A DNA stretch of 64,000 nucleotides from Amoebophrya sp. A120 (taxonomy: Eukaryota; Protista; Dinoflagellata): contig CAJINV010000001.1 in the NCBI GenBank assembly GCA_905178155.1, positions 15,934,142-15,998,141 of the forward strand, in the 5' to 3' direction. Position 1 is the stretch's first letter. Every line of letters begins with the position of its first letter. Below are positions 11,130 through 25,200 of this stretch, in pieces. Below the pieces are notes generated by a model. The model was not told the DNA's origin. It worked only from the letters and a program-made list of their open reading frames with translations, and did no database searches. The translations under genes were made by a program, and so were the position numbers.

Positions 11130-12290
11130 ACCTGGTAGCCCAAGCAAACAGCAACACACATGGGGCAAAGCAGGCAAGGCGGCCAAGGGTGCGGCGCCTG
11201 CGCAACAAAAAGAATAAAGCGCACGCACGCCGGCCGGCCACCGGGGCAACGCGCCGAGTTGGGATAAAAAAAAAGCCCCCGGCAAGCCGGCCCTCACTCC
11301 GCTCCCGCGAAGGCGGCCGGCTGCCCCTCGGCCTGAAGCAAGGCAGCAAGCGCAGGGGCCTGGCGGCCGAACCGCCGGCCCCGCGCGCCAGGGGGGGCGG
11401 GGCGGCTCAATAGGGGCCGACGAGGCCACTCCTGGGCGGCAAATGGCCGCGGGCGGGGCGGAAAGAGGACGGCGGCGCTGCCGAGCTAGGGAGAGCCGGG
11501 CGATTGGGCCTTTCTTTCTGGCAAGACTGTGCGCCGGCGCCGCTAGGGGCTTGGCCCGGGAAATTGTAGCAGAATGTTCTCTGGCGCCCCCCCCCGCCGC
11601 CCAAGGGCGCGGGGGGGCGAACCAAGCAAGAGGCGCGCGGCGGGCCCTGCGAGGAAGGGCGCAGGCCCCGCAAACCGCGGGGGCGCCGGGCCCAAGGGCC
11701 CCAAATGCTGCGGCGGGCGCGCCCGAATCCCCTCGCCAAAATAGAACGGCAGGACGCCGCGCGAGCGGCGACGAGCTGAAGCAAGCCGGCCCGCTTGCGC
11801 CGGCACAATCAACCCACCAAGAGAAGGGCCACGGGGCCGCTGCGGGAATACCATTGGCACCACACATTTCGGGGCCGCCGGGGAAGATCGCCGGGCCGCG
11901 CAGCTGGCCACCAAGAGGCTGCGGGCGGCCCAGCTAGTTCCTCCGTTGCCGGCTACAGCTGACGCGCGGACGCTTCGCCCCTCCATGTCGCCGATGCGCA
12001 CACACGCAGGCCACTTCAATGGCTACGGGGAGAAATACCGCCCGGCGCCTTGCGGATGGCCCGCGCAATGAATCACGCAGCGCCCTCGCCCTCGGTCACC
12101 GACCTGCGCGGCCACTCTCCGGCCAAAAAAGGCCAGGCGCATGCGCGCACTCCACCAACATGCCCGCCCGTCGCCACTGCAAAGCCGGCCCAATGGCACC
12201 GACGTCGCTCGTTTCTGCATCGTCGTCGGCCACCTCCTCAATGGGGTCGAACACCGCGGCGGGCTTGTTTTCCTTTTTTTCCCTCGAGGG
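11130..12290. other. GC-rich degenerate island (probably a decayed repeat or pseudogene)
   Basis: Sample lines are ~77-83% GC vs ~30% in a downstream flank line; many homopolymer runs; ORFs in all frames are A/R/P/G-rich noise. Boundaries approximate. Confidence 0.5.
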
Positions 12291-13234
12291 GCAACAAGAC
12301 TATGGCAGTAAGTTCACGCCTATGATATGGACCTTCACGTCAGGTTAAATCTAATTGCCATCGCCTTGCTTTTCAGGGCCGCCTTCTAGTGAACACATTT
12401 GATAGTGATGCTTGCGCTTTCAGAGACTTAGTAGCTCTCTCGATTCGCACGCAAAATTTCTAATGGGATTTTCCACGGTAGCTTGCTTTGTATTTTCTTC
12501 ATCAAAATTGGGTTTCGGGATTGGATTCTTATATGTCGCTTCAATGCCAGCTCCTTTACGTGGTCAACAAGAGTGGAAGTCAAGGAGTTGCAACCCCTGA
12601 ACTTTTCTTGCCGTGTTTCAGTGAAGAGACACTTAGATCAACACGATGCAGATGTAGACAGCTGCTACTACTTTCTGCACGACCTCAGAGCACGGCACTG
12701 ATCAATATTGCAGTAAATGGCAGTCAGCTCGTCGCATGTGCGACAGGAAGCAACATCGCGCTCGTGACATAGGCGTAACTCTACTTTATTCTCGATTAAT
12801 GCATGTGTAAGGCACGATATCAAAGAAAGAAATGAAAATTGTTTAAAGGTTAGCAGATATTCTCAAGGAGTCAAGAAATTTAGCGGGCAAAAGTACAACA
12901 GAAAGCGCATCCTGGCGCTGGCACTCCAAGGAAGTATATCTTTTGCAGAAAAAATGTGCACCTTTTTATGCCGAAATACTTTGAAAAACTATCCCACTAC
13001 TGGCTGCAAAACCGGTCTGATATTGGTTTGCAAAACTTTCTGAATTGACACCAAATGCCTTAGACGCATCTCCTTGCCACAAGTGTATTTCAAAAAGAAA
13101 AAACAACGCATTGCAAAATACCTTGTAAATCAAAAGGGAAAATAAAGGGAAATCAAATATCCAATTTAGCCGAATTCGTCGGCAGAACTTCGACCACTAA
13201 ATCTTCATTGCGGTGGCCGACCTAGGATTCTTTC

Positions 13235-16200
13235 CTAATAAAAGGCTTTTTTCAGTCCACGGTGGGCGGTAGCGGCGTAATCGAGAACGACGTAATCTAG
13301 GTCGCCTTTTAGCTTCTCCAGCGCAGTGAACAACTGCCCCACGTCGCCATCTGCCCGGAAGTGGAAGCAGCCCTGCAAAAAAGCATCTGCCGGATCCTTC
13401 GCGTCCTCGGAAGTAAGCGCGCCGCTTTGTTTGTAATTACTCTGGCCAGGAGTTCCTTCCGCGGCAACATCAGCTCCGTCGTTTGAAGACTTCCGTCCCG
13501 GCTTCGAAAGATTCGCTTGCAGGAAGTCATTGATTTCTGTCATGATCTGTCCGGCCACCAACTGTCGCACCCAGTTCTCCAACTGTTCTTCGTTTTCCTG
13601 AAAGTTCTTTTGGGACACAGCGCTGCACTCCGCGATCACGTCGTCTTCCCGAGAAAATCCATTATCACAACTGTGACGCAGCGCAACGCGCCACGCGCTT
13701 GCCGACATCGTATTCTTCGTAGTCCCGAGCGCCTTTTGCTCGACCGTCATTTTCCAACTCCACTTCTTGAAAAGGTAAAGCAGCACCGGGTGCCTTGCTA
13801 AGGAGAGTTCCACGCTGGTGCCCTGTGGTCCTTTTTTGCCCGGTGTTCTGTGTTGAAAATTGCTGTTATTTTGTTGTAGAAGCGCGTCACATTCTTCCGT
13901 CCGAGAAGAACTCCGAGCCTTCTCTGTACAAAAATCATCTTCTGTGCCATCGAAATTCATAAGCCCGCTCCTTCCCCGCATGCCGGATGTCTTCGCCGTA
14001 GCCCGGACATTCGTGAAACCGCCCCTCTCGCAGCTGCTTCCGAAGAAACCCTTGCTCGCCGAGATCATTTTATTCCCGGAAGTTTTTTCTTCTTCGGCGA
14101 AAGGAGCAAAAACGCCAGAAATGCAGTCGACGTGGACGATTTCTGGGCGGATGGTGACGGAGACGCGGTACGATGGCACCATGTTCAAATAGGCCGGCGT
14201 TCCCAGGTGCGTCCACCTCCCACCATCCTGAATCGCCACTTGGCTGCACAAAAGCTCCGCCTCCTCGAGCAGATGCGTGGTGAGGAAAACGAACTTCGAC
14301 TTCGGGAGGTTGTTGTCGCTACTGTAGTCCACCTTGGTCCCAGCTGGCTGATCGGATCGCCGTCGCACCAGTGCCTGCTGTTGGTTCATCAAATAGTTGT
14401 TGTCCTGGTTTTCATCTTTTGCAAACAACCCACTGCCGTTCGCAGAGATGAATTCCTCCAGAAAGGCCCACATCTCGCGCCTGCCCACCGGGTCGATGCT
14501 CGTCGTTGGCTCGTCGAGGAGGAGAATCTGCGGATCGTCCAGAAGCGAGACACACACCATCACCTTTCGCTGCGCTCCACCGGAGAGCTCTGAGGGAAAA
14601 TAATTCCGGTACTTTTCCAGCTTCAGCTTTCGCAGCAAAAATCGAATCTCTTCGTCGGCCGACTTCTGCCCCGGGCTGTTGTTCTGCCAAGTGTCCATAC
14701 AGTTGCTCGCGACGTTATTTTTCGCGGTTCCTGTTGTACTACTACGCTCAGATGAACTACTTCTCCACTTCGTGGAACTTCTTTTCTGGTTCGCGCGCTT
14801 CAAACTCTGGAAGAGCGCGAGATTCTCGTAGACCGTCAAGTCTGGATACAGCACCGAGTTCCGTTGCGGGCAATACCCCGTCAAGCGTCGGATCTTTTTC
14901 AAATCCCGATCCTTGGTCGCGTCCAGGCCGAGCATGTGAATCTGTCCCGCGGAAACCGCCTCGCCCCCGAGGATCATCTTCAATAATGACGACTTCCCAC
15001 TGCCGTTCTTGCCTAACAGCCCGAAAACAGTTCCTTGCTGGGTGGAGTTCGCATTTGATCCGGGCCCAACACCACTCATACTACCTCGGTCGAGCCCGAG
15101 ATTGCACCGCTCATCCACCGTGAGGCCGTCGTCCTCGAGAAAGCTTTGAACACTGTTGCTTGCCGCAGCAGGCTCCGCTTCGGCGCTCCACGTGACACCT
15201 TTGACGGCGTGGACCAGCCACTCCTCCGTGGCGGTTCCGCGATAAATCTTGTGGACGCCATTGAGGCAAAGAAACTGTCGGGACAGGAAAGACGGAGCAG
15301 TTGGCTCCTGCGCGGACGGGCACATGGCATTGACTTCGTTGCTTGCAATCTTCTTTTTTCCATTCCCCCCGGCCGGACCACACCTCCCCCCTCGTGCCAA
15401 CTGTGCGTCAATTGAAGGAACTCCTGCAAGAACGGCGGTGTTGTTTACTTCTTCGTTATTTTCCACAAATTCGTGGCGCTTCTGGTTTGCGAGGGCCGCC
15501 TTCTCTCGGCGATCGCGCTCGAGAGCGCGATTGACTCTTTGCTGTTCCTTCACAACTAGGACGTCGACCTCGGGGTCAACGCGGTTCCGCGACAAGGCTT
15601 CCTTGACCGCTATCTTCCGTAGGTACTTCGTCATCACGCACCGCTCCACCTCGGCTAGCGCCCTTCTCCTCCGCAGACAGCAGCAACAGCAGGCCCCCAG
15701 GGTGCTCAGCAGGCGCAGCGCGAACTCCTCGGTCCAACACGCGGAAAGGCAAGAGCGCAGAAAACCTTTCGGTCTCGTGTCCTGCTTCATGCGCGAATAG
15801 CTGCTCGCTCCTGGAAAAGTTGTGGCTGCCGTTCCTTGATTCGCTCTACTGTGCCCTGATCGAGGCTTCGAAACGCGCGCACCCGAGTGCAACAGCTCAT
15901 CGTGATCGTCATGGTCGCTGCCGATGTTCTCATCTTGATGCTCCAGCCCGTTTTTAGCGAAGTCAGTGGAGCCTTTTCTCGACGCACCCTTGCTGTTGCT
16001 TTTTGTCTTCTTCGTACCACCTTCCTTTGCCTTTCCATCATTCAAATCCACACTCCCGTACAGAAACGCGCGCAAAAAACGCGTTTCCCGTGCGGGTGCG
16101 CTCAACCGTTGGTTGTCTCGGCCGCATTTCTGGATCAGCAATCGATTTTGTTCCCGCAACAGCTGCCAGATGGTCACAATCAGGATCACCAGGGTGAAGA

Positions 16201-19200
16201 ACAGGAAGTCAAACGAACCCAGGAAAAACCGCAGCAGCGCAGGCTTGTACAGAAGAACCTTGTCCAGCAGCGTTGGCTTTTCATCTCCTGCCGAAGTCAG
16301 TTGCGTAGTCTCTGTACCTGAAGAGCCTTTATTTCCTCTCTTTCCGCTTCCCGTCGAGGTTACCGTGACGGACCTTTTCAGCATCTGCTCCTCCTCTCGC
16401 ATCAGGGCGCCCTCGTCTACTGCAGCCATACCGGCGACGCGAATCTCCGGTAGCAGCGAGAACGGCGAACCCTCCTCGATTCGCCGTGCCTCGGCGAGAG
16501 CCGCAGCAGATCCTCTTTTGCTTTCTCGGTCCGACAGAGTTCTTGCGCTTCGGTTCCTCGACCGAAGCCCCCGCGGAAGAGTTGTTGCACTGACGCTTGT
16601 TCCAGTTTCTTGTTCACTCGCTCCGGCAGTGCTAGTGGCCTGCTCCCCAACAGTAGACACAGCGCCACCATCCGGATGTTGACCGGAATCTGCAGTCGTG
16701 CTCGCAACTTGCAGCCTCTGTGGGTCCTTGAACACCGGAGGTGGCGAAATGAGGTCGGAACTCACCAAGTAGCTCAGATCGATCATCGCCGTGAGCAAAG
16801 CCTTGTTTTCCACGTGGAGAATGTCCTTCAGCATGATCTTGTCGTACAACAGCCCGTGTGCCGCCTGACGCTGCATGGGAGACCGAAGCTGGGCTTTCGC
16901 CGCGAGGTCGAGGCTCTTCTTCATCTCGTCGGCGGCTTTGCGCTCTTCAACTGCTTGTCTGGCCGCTTCCGCTCGTGCTTGCGCACTGTCACGGTTTCGC
17001 GGGGCTTCGTCACCGTTTCCAGATGTTGGGAGAAAGCCGGGCTGATTTCGGGAATTTTGGTGGGCACGCGTGAAAGCAGCAACAACAAAAGACGAAAACA
17101 TCAAAACAAAGTACTAGGCGAGTCTATACACTTCTTGAAAACATGAACAATGTGGCTTAAAAATACCGACGTAGAGCCCGTTGTTCCCGCTCCTGCCGGC
17201 CAGTCGGGCTGATCGCCGCCGTCCGCATCCCCTGTGGAGCTTGCCGCTCGCCCACGCCCCAGTACCCAATCCAGCAGAAACCGGGGCAAGGACCTGATCC
17301 AGAAAGACTTCACCGCCCGCCAACAGGACCACAGAAATCCCTCCATCGACACCGCACTTGCACCGTGGTCGTGCTGAAAAATGACCGAGGAGAGCAAATA
17401 CGCATCCCGGTCCACCTGGAGCAAGTCCCGCAGCCGCTCCGGCTCCTTCTCCTGCTCCGGCAACGGGGTCGCGTCCATCAACTTCAGCCGATTTCGTGCC
17501 CAGTTGGAGAAGTCTTCCTCGAACCTCTGCCGAAACTGTTTGGGGCGGTACCGCACGAGCACCTGGCGCTTGAAGTCCTCCCAGTGGAACTGCTTCACAT
17601 CGAAATCAAACCAATTCCAGGCTGCGGCCCACAGCTTCTTCCCTTTGTCCTTCCCGTACTTCTTGCACATCTCCTCCTTCGTGAAAAAGTTTCCGTTCGG
17701 CCCCCGGCGCCGCAGCGCCGCCTCCCACACCTTGGGCCAGTCCTGCCGGTAGTGCGCCATGAACTCCTCTTTCGACTCCAAAGGCGAGATCTTGATCACC
17801 TGTCGGGCGTCCAGAGCAACCGGCCGGCTCTTACCGATTTTGCGGAACTTCACGCGGAGTTTGGTCGATTTGTCCGCGTTCGTCGGCCGCACCCAGTACT
17901 GGAAATCTAGTTCCCGCACCGGGTCCGTTTCCCCGTAGTCCAACCGGTTCAACTCCACGGTGCCCTTCTCCGTCCGGACGGTGACGTCTTCGGCGAGCAA
18001 CACGCCGTTTTGGTTCCCTAAATAGGGCGAAATACGGGTCGTCTTGTCGTTCACGAAGGGGAGTTTGTTCCACGCCTCCTGGGCTTCCTCCTGTTCAAAC
18101 CGTAAATGCGCGGTCAGGTGCTCAATGAACTCCTCGTGGGTTAACAGTTGACGTCTCCGGTCCGCGATGTTCGGGAACCGCGGGTGTTGCACGTCCAACG
18201 GCTTCCGCTCCGTGTCGGTTTGCAACTGCATCTGCCGGATTTCCGCTTGATTCAGCGTGTTCAGGTAGAACCGCATGCCGCACCCAAACGCCAGCTCGTA
18301 GATCTGCTCCGAAGTCTTCTGCTGCACGCTGAACGCCCGCGCCCCTTGCTGCCCGTCCCACACGGAGGGCTCGGGGTAAAGCCAGCTCTTCGTCCACTCG
18401 AAGGCGTAGGTCAGCATCACCTGGGCTTGCAGCCAGCGGAGCGTCACGTGGTCGCGGAAGGTTGGCTCGCTGCGTTGCCTTGCTGTAGTTCCTGGACTAG
18501 CACCGGAAACGGCATCCAAAAGCGCTGCAGTTTGGGGCACCTGGCCATCGGAGCTGCCGGTTGTGCCGGGGGTGTCACGACCTCTGCGAATCCCACGGAT
18601 GTCTGGTGCAGTTGTTCCTGCAGGTCGTGTTGGGCTTGTCATTCCTGCCAGCGCATTTCCACCGCTCCGCGCACGTCCCGTGCGGATCGACGTTGTTCCG
18701 GCGCTATCTCCGGCCCCTGCCGCATCGGGGCTACTATTACTTTCCTGCTGCTGCCCACCGGGAGTCGTTTCTCGGATGGGCGACAACGCACCATAGGACG
18801 ACAACCCGAACCAGTTCTGCATGTACCGCGAGAAATTGAACCCGGCGTTGCCCGCCCGTGCCGTCGAATCTGTTGCGCCAGCATGATCCCGCCGCGTTTG
18901 GCGGCCTGCAACACCCCCTTCGTCGCCGCTGTTTTCCGCACTGTCTACGGCGCTCCCGTCGAGCTCGTCCGTGCTCTCACTCAAAAACTGCGGGTTTTCC
19001 TCCCCTTGCGCCGCCTGGAGAATGTCGAACGCGCGGTTGGCTTCGTCGATCCACTCCTCAGCGGTGGCGTTATCCAAATCGTCGTTCTCTCCGTCCTCGT
19101 CGTCTCCGAACACAAACGCGTTCCGCCGCGCAAAGCTGTCACTGTTACCAGTCGGTGTCGCCTGCCGCAATCCGGCCGCGAACCGATTGTGGTTTCGGTC

Positions 19201-22200
19201 GTCCGCACGCTGCGCCCTCGCCCGCGCCAGTGCCCACTCGTACAGCAGCTTGCGCTGCGTGCTCGCGTCGTGCCGCCACAGCATGGAGAGTTGCTCCGCG
19301 CGCACACCCATCTCCGTCGCCAGCTGCTCGATCTGGCCCGGGTGCATGTCTTCGAAATTGCGGGTCGACTGCTCGCGCAAAATCTGCTCCTGCTCGACGA
19401 CGACGTTGTCCATCAGGTAATTCGCGACCTTCCGCTGCGCCTTCTCGATCTGCCGGTCCTGTCGTCGTTTTTGGATCTCCCGCGCGACGTGGCGCTCGCG
19501 CGCTTGCGCCGCCGGGGTGCTGGGGCCGCTCGGCTGCAGCACGACGTTGTGCACGAAAATGGTCACGAACAGATGGGCCAGAGACGCAATGGGGACGAAC
19601 GCGTAGAACACCCCGCACGCCACCCGCGCAGCCAACTGCTTCAGATACGCCACGCCCCAAAACCCGTCCTCTCGGACGGTCCTCTCCAGGGCGATTTCCG
19701 GGGGCTCCGGCTCCGCAAGCATCATGGCGGATTTTTCCTCCTCGGGAGTGAGTTTCACGACGCGCTCCCGCTGGTGGTCCATCTCGACGTACTCGTCCAG
19801 CAAATCGTCGTGCGAGAAGAACTCCTGCGGCATTCCGTCGTCGTGCACGATCCAGTTTGTCGCGGTGACGTCCGTGTAAAATCCCCCCTCGTCATCCCAC
19901 AGCAGATCAGGCCGGGACGTGGGTGTCGCAGGCATGTCCTCCGAGAACTGGTTCCTCACACTCGGCGGTCGCTGCGGCGTCCCACTTGCACTACTTGTTC
20001 CACCCGGCGTGTCCGGGCCCCCGCCTCCGCGCGTGATCAGAGTGCTTGTCCCTGCCGCAGTTCTGGTGAGACTCCGTGTCGGGGCCGCAGGAGTGGCCCT
20101 TCCAGATGTTGTCCCCTTGTTGAGAATTGCCTCCGGTCGGCTCACACCAATTTTCAGACGCACGCTGCGCCTCTGCTCCTCGGATTGGTACTGCACGTGG
20201 ACGGATTTCATGAACGCCTGGTAATACTCCTCCCGCGTTTTGAAATCGCCTCCGTAGAAGGTCGCCTCGCCCATCACCCCCAACGCGTAAATCAAATCCC
20301 CCTTGCGTAAGCGTCGCGGATCCGGTATCGACTCCCCCTCGTATAGGGAGAGCGGATTGCTGTTCATCGAGGAATTATTACCCGTCGGTCTCATGGGCTG
20401 CTGCCGAATCTCCAATTCACTTCCATCCGCGGCGAGCATCACATCGGGAACGACCGCTGTCGTGTCACCTCCACCTCCAGCGGCTGCAACTCTGTGTCCT
20501 TGCTGCAATTGCTGCTGGCGCTCCCGACGGAGTTCCTCGCGGCTCACGTGCCAGAGGTTTTTCGTCACGCGCACATACTGCTGCTGAAAGTCGAGCGCTT
20601 GGCGATTTTTCAGTAAAGTCAAATCCTGGAGTGGAATGCTGAGCTCCTTCATCGTGTCCTGTGTCTTCGGCAAGGGCTGCATTGCCTCAACAAACTCGGT
20701 GCGCTTGAGTTCGCGGGTTACAGCCAGAGCGGACTTTGGGTCTAGCGTGTTGAAAAACGGCACAATGCCTTGGACGGAAAGAAACACCGAGCAGGTCCCA
20801 ATCACAACAATCACCAGGAGGGCAAAAAGCGACATGTCATAGGCGTACTGCGCTTTCGAGTTGGTGTGTTTCGTGTTCTCCTGCTCAAAGTCGTCGTTGT
20901 GTTCCCCTGCAGATATTTCGCTTGCTTGTAAAGCTGTTGATGAATCGCTGCACAAAGCTTGTTCGTTTTCCAATTCATTTGCCGTTCCAAAGGCCACGGA
21001 AGAAGTAGTCTTCCCTCGTTTGTTCTTCCCGCCATTCAATAGTTTCCTGTTTTGCCACCACGCACTGCAGCGTTTCAGACACTCCTGCGGCCACCACGTC
21101 CCGTCGCGGACCGCCCGCCGCTCCTGCGCCAGAGCCTCCTGGCGGACAGGCGCTCGATAGAAGGTCACGGTGAGGAGCAGAAGCCAGAGGTAAATGGAAA
21201 CGAAAAACACGTTGTTATCCTTCAGATCGAAAAAGCAACTCTGCCGCAAGAGTTGTAGAAAGGGCAAACAGTCCGCGATACCGCCGGCGAGCAGAAATTT
21301 GAAAACGAAAAACAAGCAGAGAAAAACGACAATCGCGTCGGCTAGAAAGTGCGAGGCCCAGTAAGCCTTACCGCTGATGCCGTTCATGAACAGAAACTCC
21401 TTCACGCCGCGCCCATGCTCCAGTTTCACGTTGCGGATCAAAGCCGTCGGGATTTTCAGCAAAACCAAAACAAAAATCAGAAACTGGCTGCACAGGTCCA
21501 CCCCGAGTAAAAAAGCGCCGCGCAATTGGTCGTTGGTCAACACCGGAAAGTACACTTTTTTCTTCAGACCCGACTGCATTATCGAGTCGGATAACGCCAG
21601 TCCCCGCCTGTTCCCGCCGAGCCCGAACGAGGCCGCCAACGGCGAGGCTCCGTGCCGGTTGCGGAGGTGGTAGGGAGGAGAATTGCTGTGCTTACCCCCG
21701 TAGCCCTGGGATGGACCGTTGAAGGACGAATCCAGGTCGATGGCAAAGGGGGACACTTTTTGATTCAACAATTGGTGCGCGTTGCCAAACATGTCGAACC
21801 CGACGTCACTCCAGCCGCCGAAGCGATGGAGGAAAAAAAAGGTCGCCAGGCCGAACAAAAGCACCGCCGCAGCGTCGTGATGCAACACGAACGCCGTCGC
21901 CCGCCGCTTCCGCCGATCCTTCCCGAACACGGGGACAAAGAAACTGGAGAAGACCGTCCAAGCGAGCAACAACCAGCCGTAGAGCAACCGGGCGTAAAAC
22001 TTCAAGCAGCCACAGACGCTCGGACCTGCCTTCCGGGTATTTTTTCCAGCATCGTAGCTGTGGCTCTTCGCAAGCGCATGTTCCGCGCTCACCGGTTTAG
22101 AGAAACGAAAAATGTTGGCGTCGCGCTGCATCCGCGACAGCGTGAACAGGGCAAAAAACTGCAGGAAGAAACGGCGCATAGCTGAGAACCATTCTTTCTC

Positions 22201-25200
22201 TGCTTTCGACAATTTCAACCACCCGCTGCGTTTTAATCGGTCGAGTAAAGGAATTAGCGGTCTATTTGCCTCAGCCGGGAGTTCCAATGCCCCTTGCGAA
22301 GAAGATGTAAGTCCTGGATCCAGTCCTGGCTCGCCAGAAGGAAGTGGCTGCTGGTGTTTCAAGGCACTTTTCCTACCCGTGGTTCTAGGAGTCTTCATCG
22401 CAGCGCCCGCGACTTCCTGCAGTTTACTCGCATCTTCCAGTGCTAGTTCCTCCGTGGATGGCCCGTTTGACTTCGACAGGTCGATGTCAACCAGGTTATG
22501 CGCATTCTCCAGTGCAGCAGCTGTCTTTGGCACGGGCGAGATAGAAGAGGACGAATTGCCGTCGGGCGAAAGGCGGTTGGACTCAGACGTTCTACCGGTG
22601 TGCCTCTGTTTAGAGGCAAAAGAGCCGACTAGATCATCATCCAGCCGATGGTCCACGAGATCATGCGAACTTGCCACCATGGCATCGTAGTCGAATTCTG
22701 CTTCGAACGCGTCGCCAAAGCCGAAGCTTACCACATCATCTCGCTGCTCGAACCCCAGCAGGCGGAACTCTGACCGCGCGTAGGTCAGTTCCGCACCCGA
22801 AGCGACTTTGAGAAAAATCTCTTCGAGGTTCGAGGTGTTCAACGCAAAAGAATGAATCACCGGCACGGCAGAGACGAAGACTTTGCGGCTGCGCATATTG
22901 TGGTGGTCTCCGCTGGATTTTTTGTTGCCCTTTTGCTGTCCTGTGTTGACCTCCTCGTCGACCAACAGGTCCAGGTTCACAAGGTTCACGCTTTCCAATG
23001 CCCCTGCAAATCTCTTCACCTCGTTCAACACCTCCGCCAGAATTTTGCCGTCCTTGACAAGCGGAAATTTCACGCAACAGCGGTTGCCCTGCGTTTCGCT
23101 GCGGATGTAGGTGCTCCACCAAGGCTGTTCCTCCTTTGCAGCAGCACTGGGAGTTGCATAACCTCCTCCACCAGCGGTGCTTTTTGCTAAACAAACCTCT
23201 GTGGCACTTGCGTTCGTCCTGGACGCTGCCGCATTCTCCTGCAAGACGTCCTCTCGAATCCATTGCTGCCAGAAGTCGCGGATTTCCTTGTCGCTTTGCT
23301 CTTTCGCGGGCTGATGTTTCTGCTGATTGGAAGAAGAATGGTTTCCGCTTCCAAGCACGGCACCAATGCGGTTTGCTACCAGCCGCTCCAGTTCTTTGGC
23401 AACTTTCTGCGTGATCAGTCCCCGCCTCTCGCCAATGCTGTTTAATTGCCGCTTCACGTGCTCTACTGGAGCATTCAATACGTCCTCGGTAGAATCCAGT
23501 ACATCATCACCTCTCGCTTTATTCATCGCACTCGTCCTCTTGTACCGCACGGGGACCCGCATCACCGATCGGCCGAGCGCTGCCAGATGCTGCTGCTGGG
23601 ATGATTTTCGGTCCTTGTCGAAACCGTCCTTATTTCCATCTCCGCTCGTACCGACGTCCTGTCCAGTAATCTTTTCCATGTGGTCGACCGCACCGAAGCC
23701 GATGTACTCCTGCAACAGAATGCGGGCGTCGTCAGACAATTGGTCCACATCCGTAGCTTCCTCGAGCACGCGCACCTCGTCTTCTCCGCCCGGCGTACTC
23801 TGCATCCTACTGGCGTAGGAACTCTCGTCGCAGCTGCTGTTTTTCTTCTCCAAACGGCGGAGGTTGGCCGCAGTTAGTTTGCTTTTATTCGAACTGCTAT
23901 TGTTGTTCGGGCTGCTGGGGCTGTTCGTCGTGCCAGTCGTTCTGCCATTATCCCCTGCCGCGACGAGACCCGTCGCACGACTACACTCGTCGTCGATATC
24001 CGAAACGTGCATATCGTCCTCCTGGTTCAAAATGTTGTCACTGCTTTCTTGCGTTTGTTGCTTACGCAGCCTGTTGCTGTTTCTCCTGCCATCCTGATCG
24101 CACAGAGGTCGCTCATGATCTACTTGATCACGCTGCTTGTTAATACAATTCTTTTTTCCAGGAGATGCCCGGACCGCTAATTGCTGCATCCTCCACAGCA
24201 GTCGTTTCTCGCGCAGCTGGACCTCCAGAACAAAACCGGTGCCGAAAATCGTTTTCAAGTACTCCACGCTGCCCCAGGTTTTCACTACCCCGTCCTTCAA
24301 GATCGCAACCTTGTCTGCGACCACCTCAGCTTCCTCCATCAAGTGTGTGGTGAAAAGGATTACTCTGCCAACCTTTCTTTTCCTCAGAAACTTCTGGAAA
24401 GTGCGGCGATTTTGCGGATCCATCCCCGCAGTGGGCTCGTCCAGAATGACGAGCTTCGCATCGCCGAGAAAAGCCGAGGCGCAGCAGATCACGCGGCGCC
24501 ATCCCCCGGACAACTCGCTGCAGCGCTTCTTCGCAACATGCGCGGGCACCTCCAAGTCGCGCAGGAGCGCGTCCGTCTCTGCCTGGACGGCGGCTTCCAG
24601 ATACTCTGCGAAGGTCGGGACGTAGGCGGCTAGTTGCTGCTGGTGCTTCTCAGACAGCACGCTGTCAAGCAGCGGACCACCTTCCTCGGTCATAAGCAGA
24701 CTTGTCGCACTAGAAGCTCCATCGTCATAGCGCAGCTCGCTAATCCCGACCGGCTTCTCGATGTAGTTTTTATCCTTGCTACTCATCAACATGTCTTGCG
24801 CCGACAGGGAGTCGTCGACTTTGGTGGACCCTGAGGACTTTTTCAGCAGCGCCGGATTCAACGGGGAAGTCTCGCGATTCGGCAGTTTGTTCGTGAGTCC
24901 ACTGGAAACATTTCCGGTCCTGGAGCGAAATGTGAACTTTTCGAAAGCCCTTACCGACGCGGAACCCGCACTCAACCTGCCGGCGCGCATTTTCTCCCAC
25001 TCTTCGTAGAGAAACTCCACAGAGCGAAGCTTGGCAATGAAAGTCAGTTGCTCCCGCACGGTGAGCTCGGAGAACAGATTGTCCGTTTGCTCACAGTACG
25101 TCGTGCTCGCGGAGGGACTGGCTTTCGAACTGCTTTTGCTCCCGTCGGTGAAGGAACTACTTCCCACTTTCCGAAAAAAATCCGCAGCCGGGAGGTCGAA

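Noticed and set aside
11025-12019. Overlapping 130-280-aa ORFs in the GC island
   Set aside because: A/R/P/G-dominated in every frame, as expected from stop-codon scarcity at very high GC.
12018-12028. CCGTAGCCATT (minus strand), matching part of the dinoflagellate spliced leader; shorter matches near 8508 and 53679
   Set aside because: Only 9-11 nt, the rest of the leader is absent, and none is directly ahead of a start codon; compatible with chance.
18148-20310. 720-aa plus-strand ORF (and similar long plus-strand ORFs at 1967-3187, 4003-4974, 33750-34805, 42219-43244, 48678-49841)
   Set aside because: Antisense shadows of GC3-rich minus-strand genes; no recognisable motifs.
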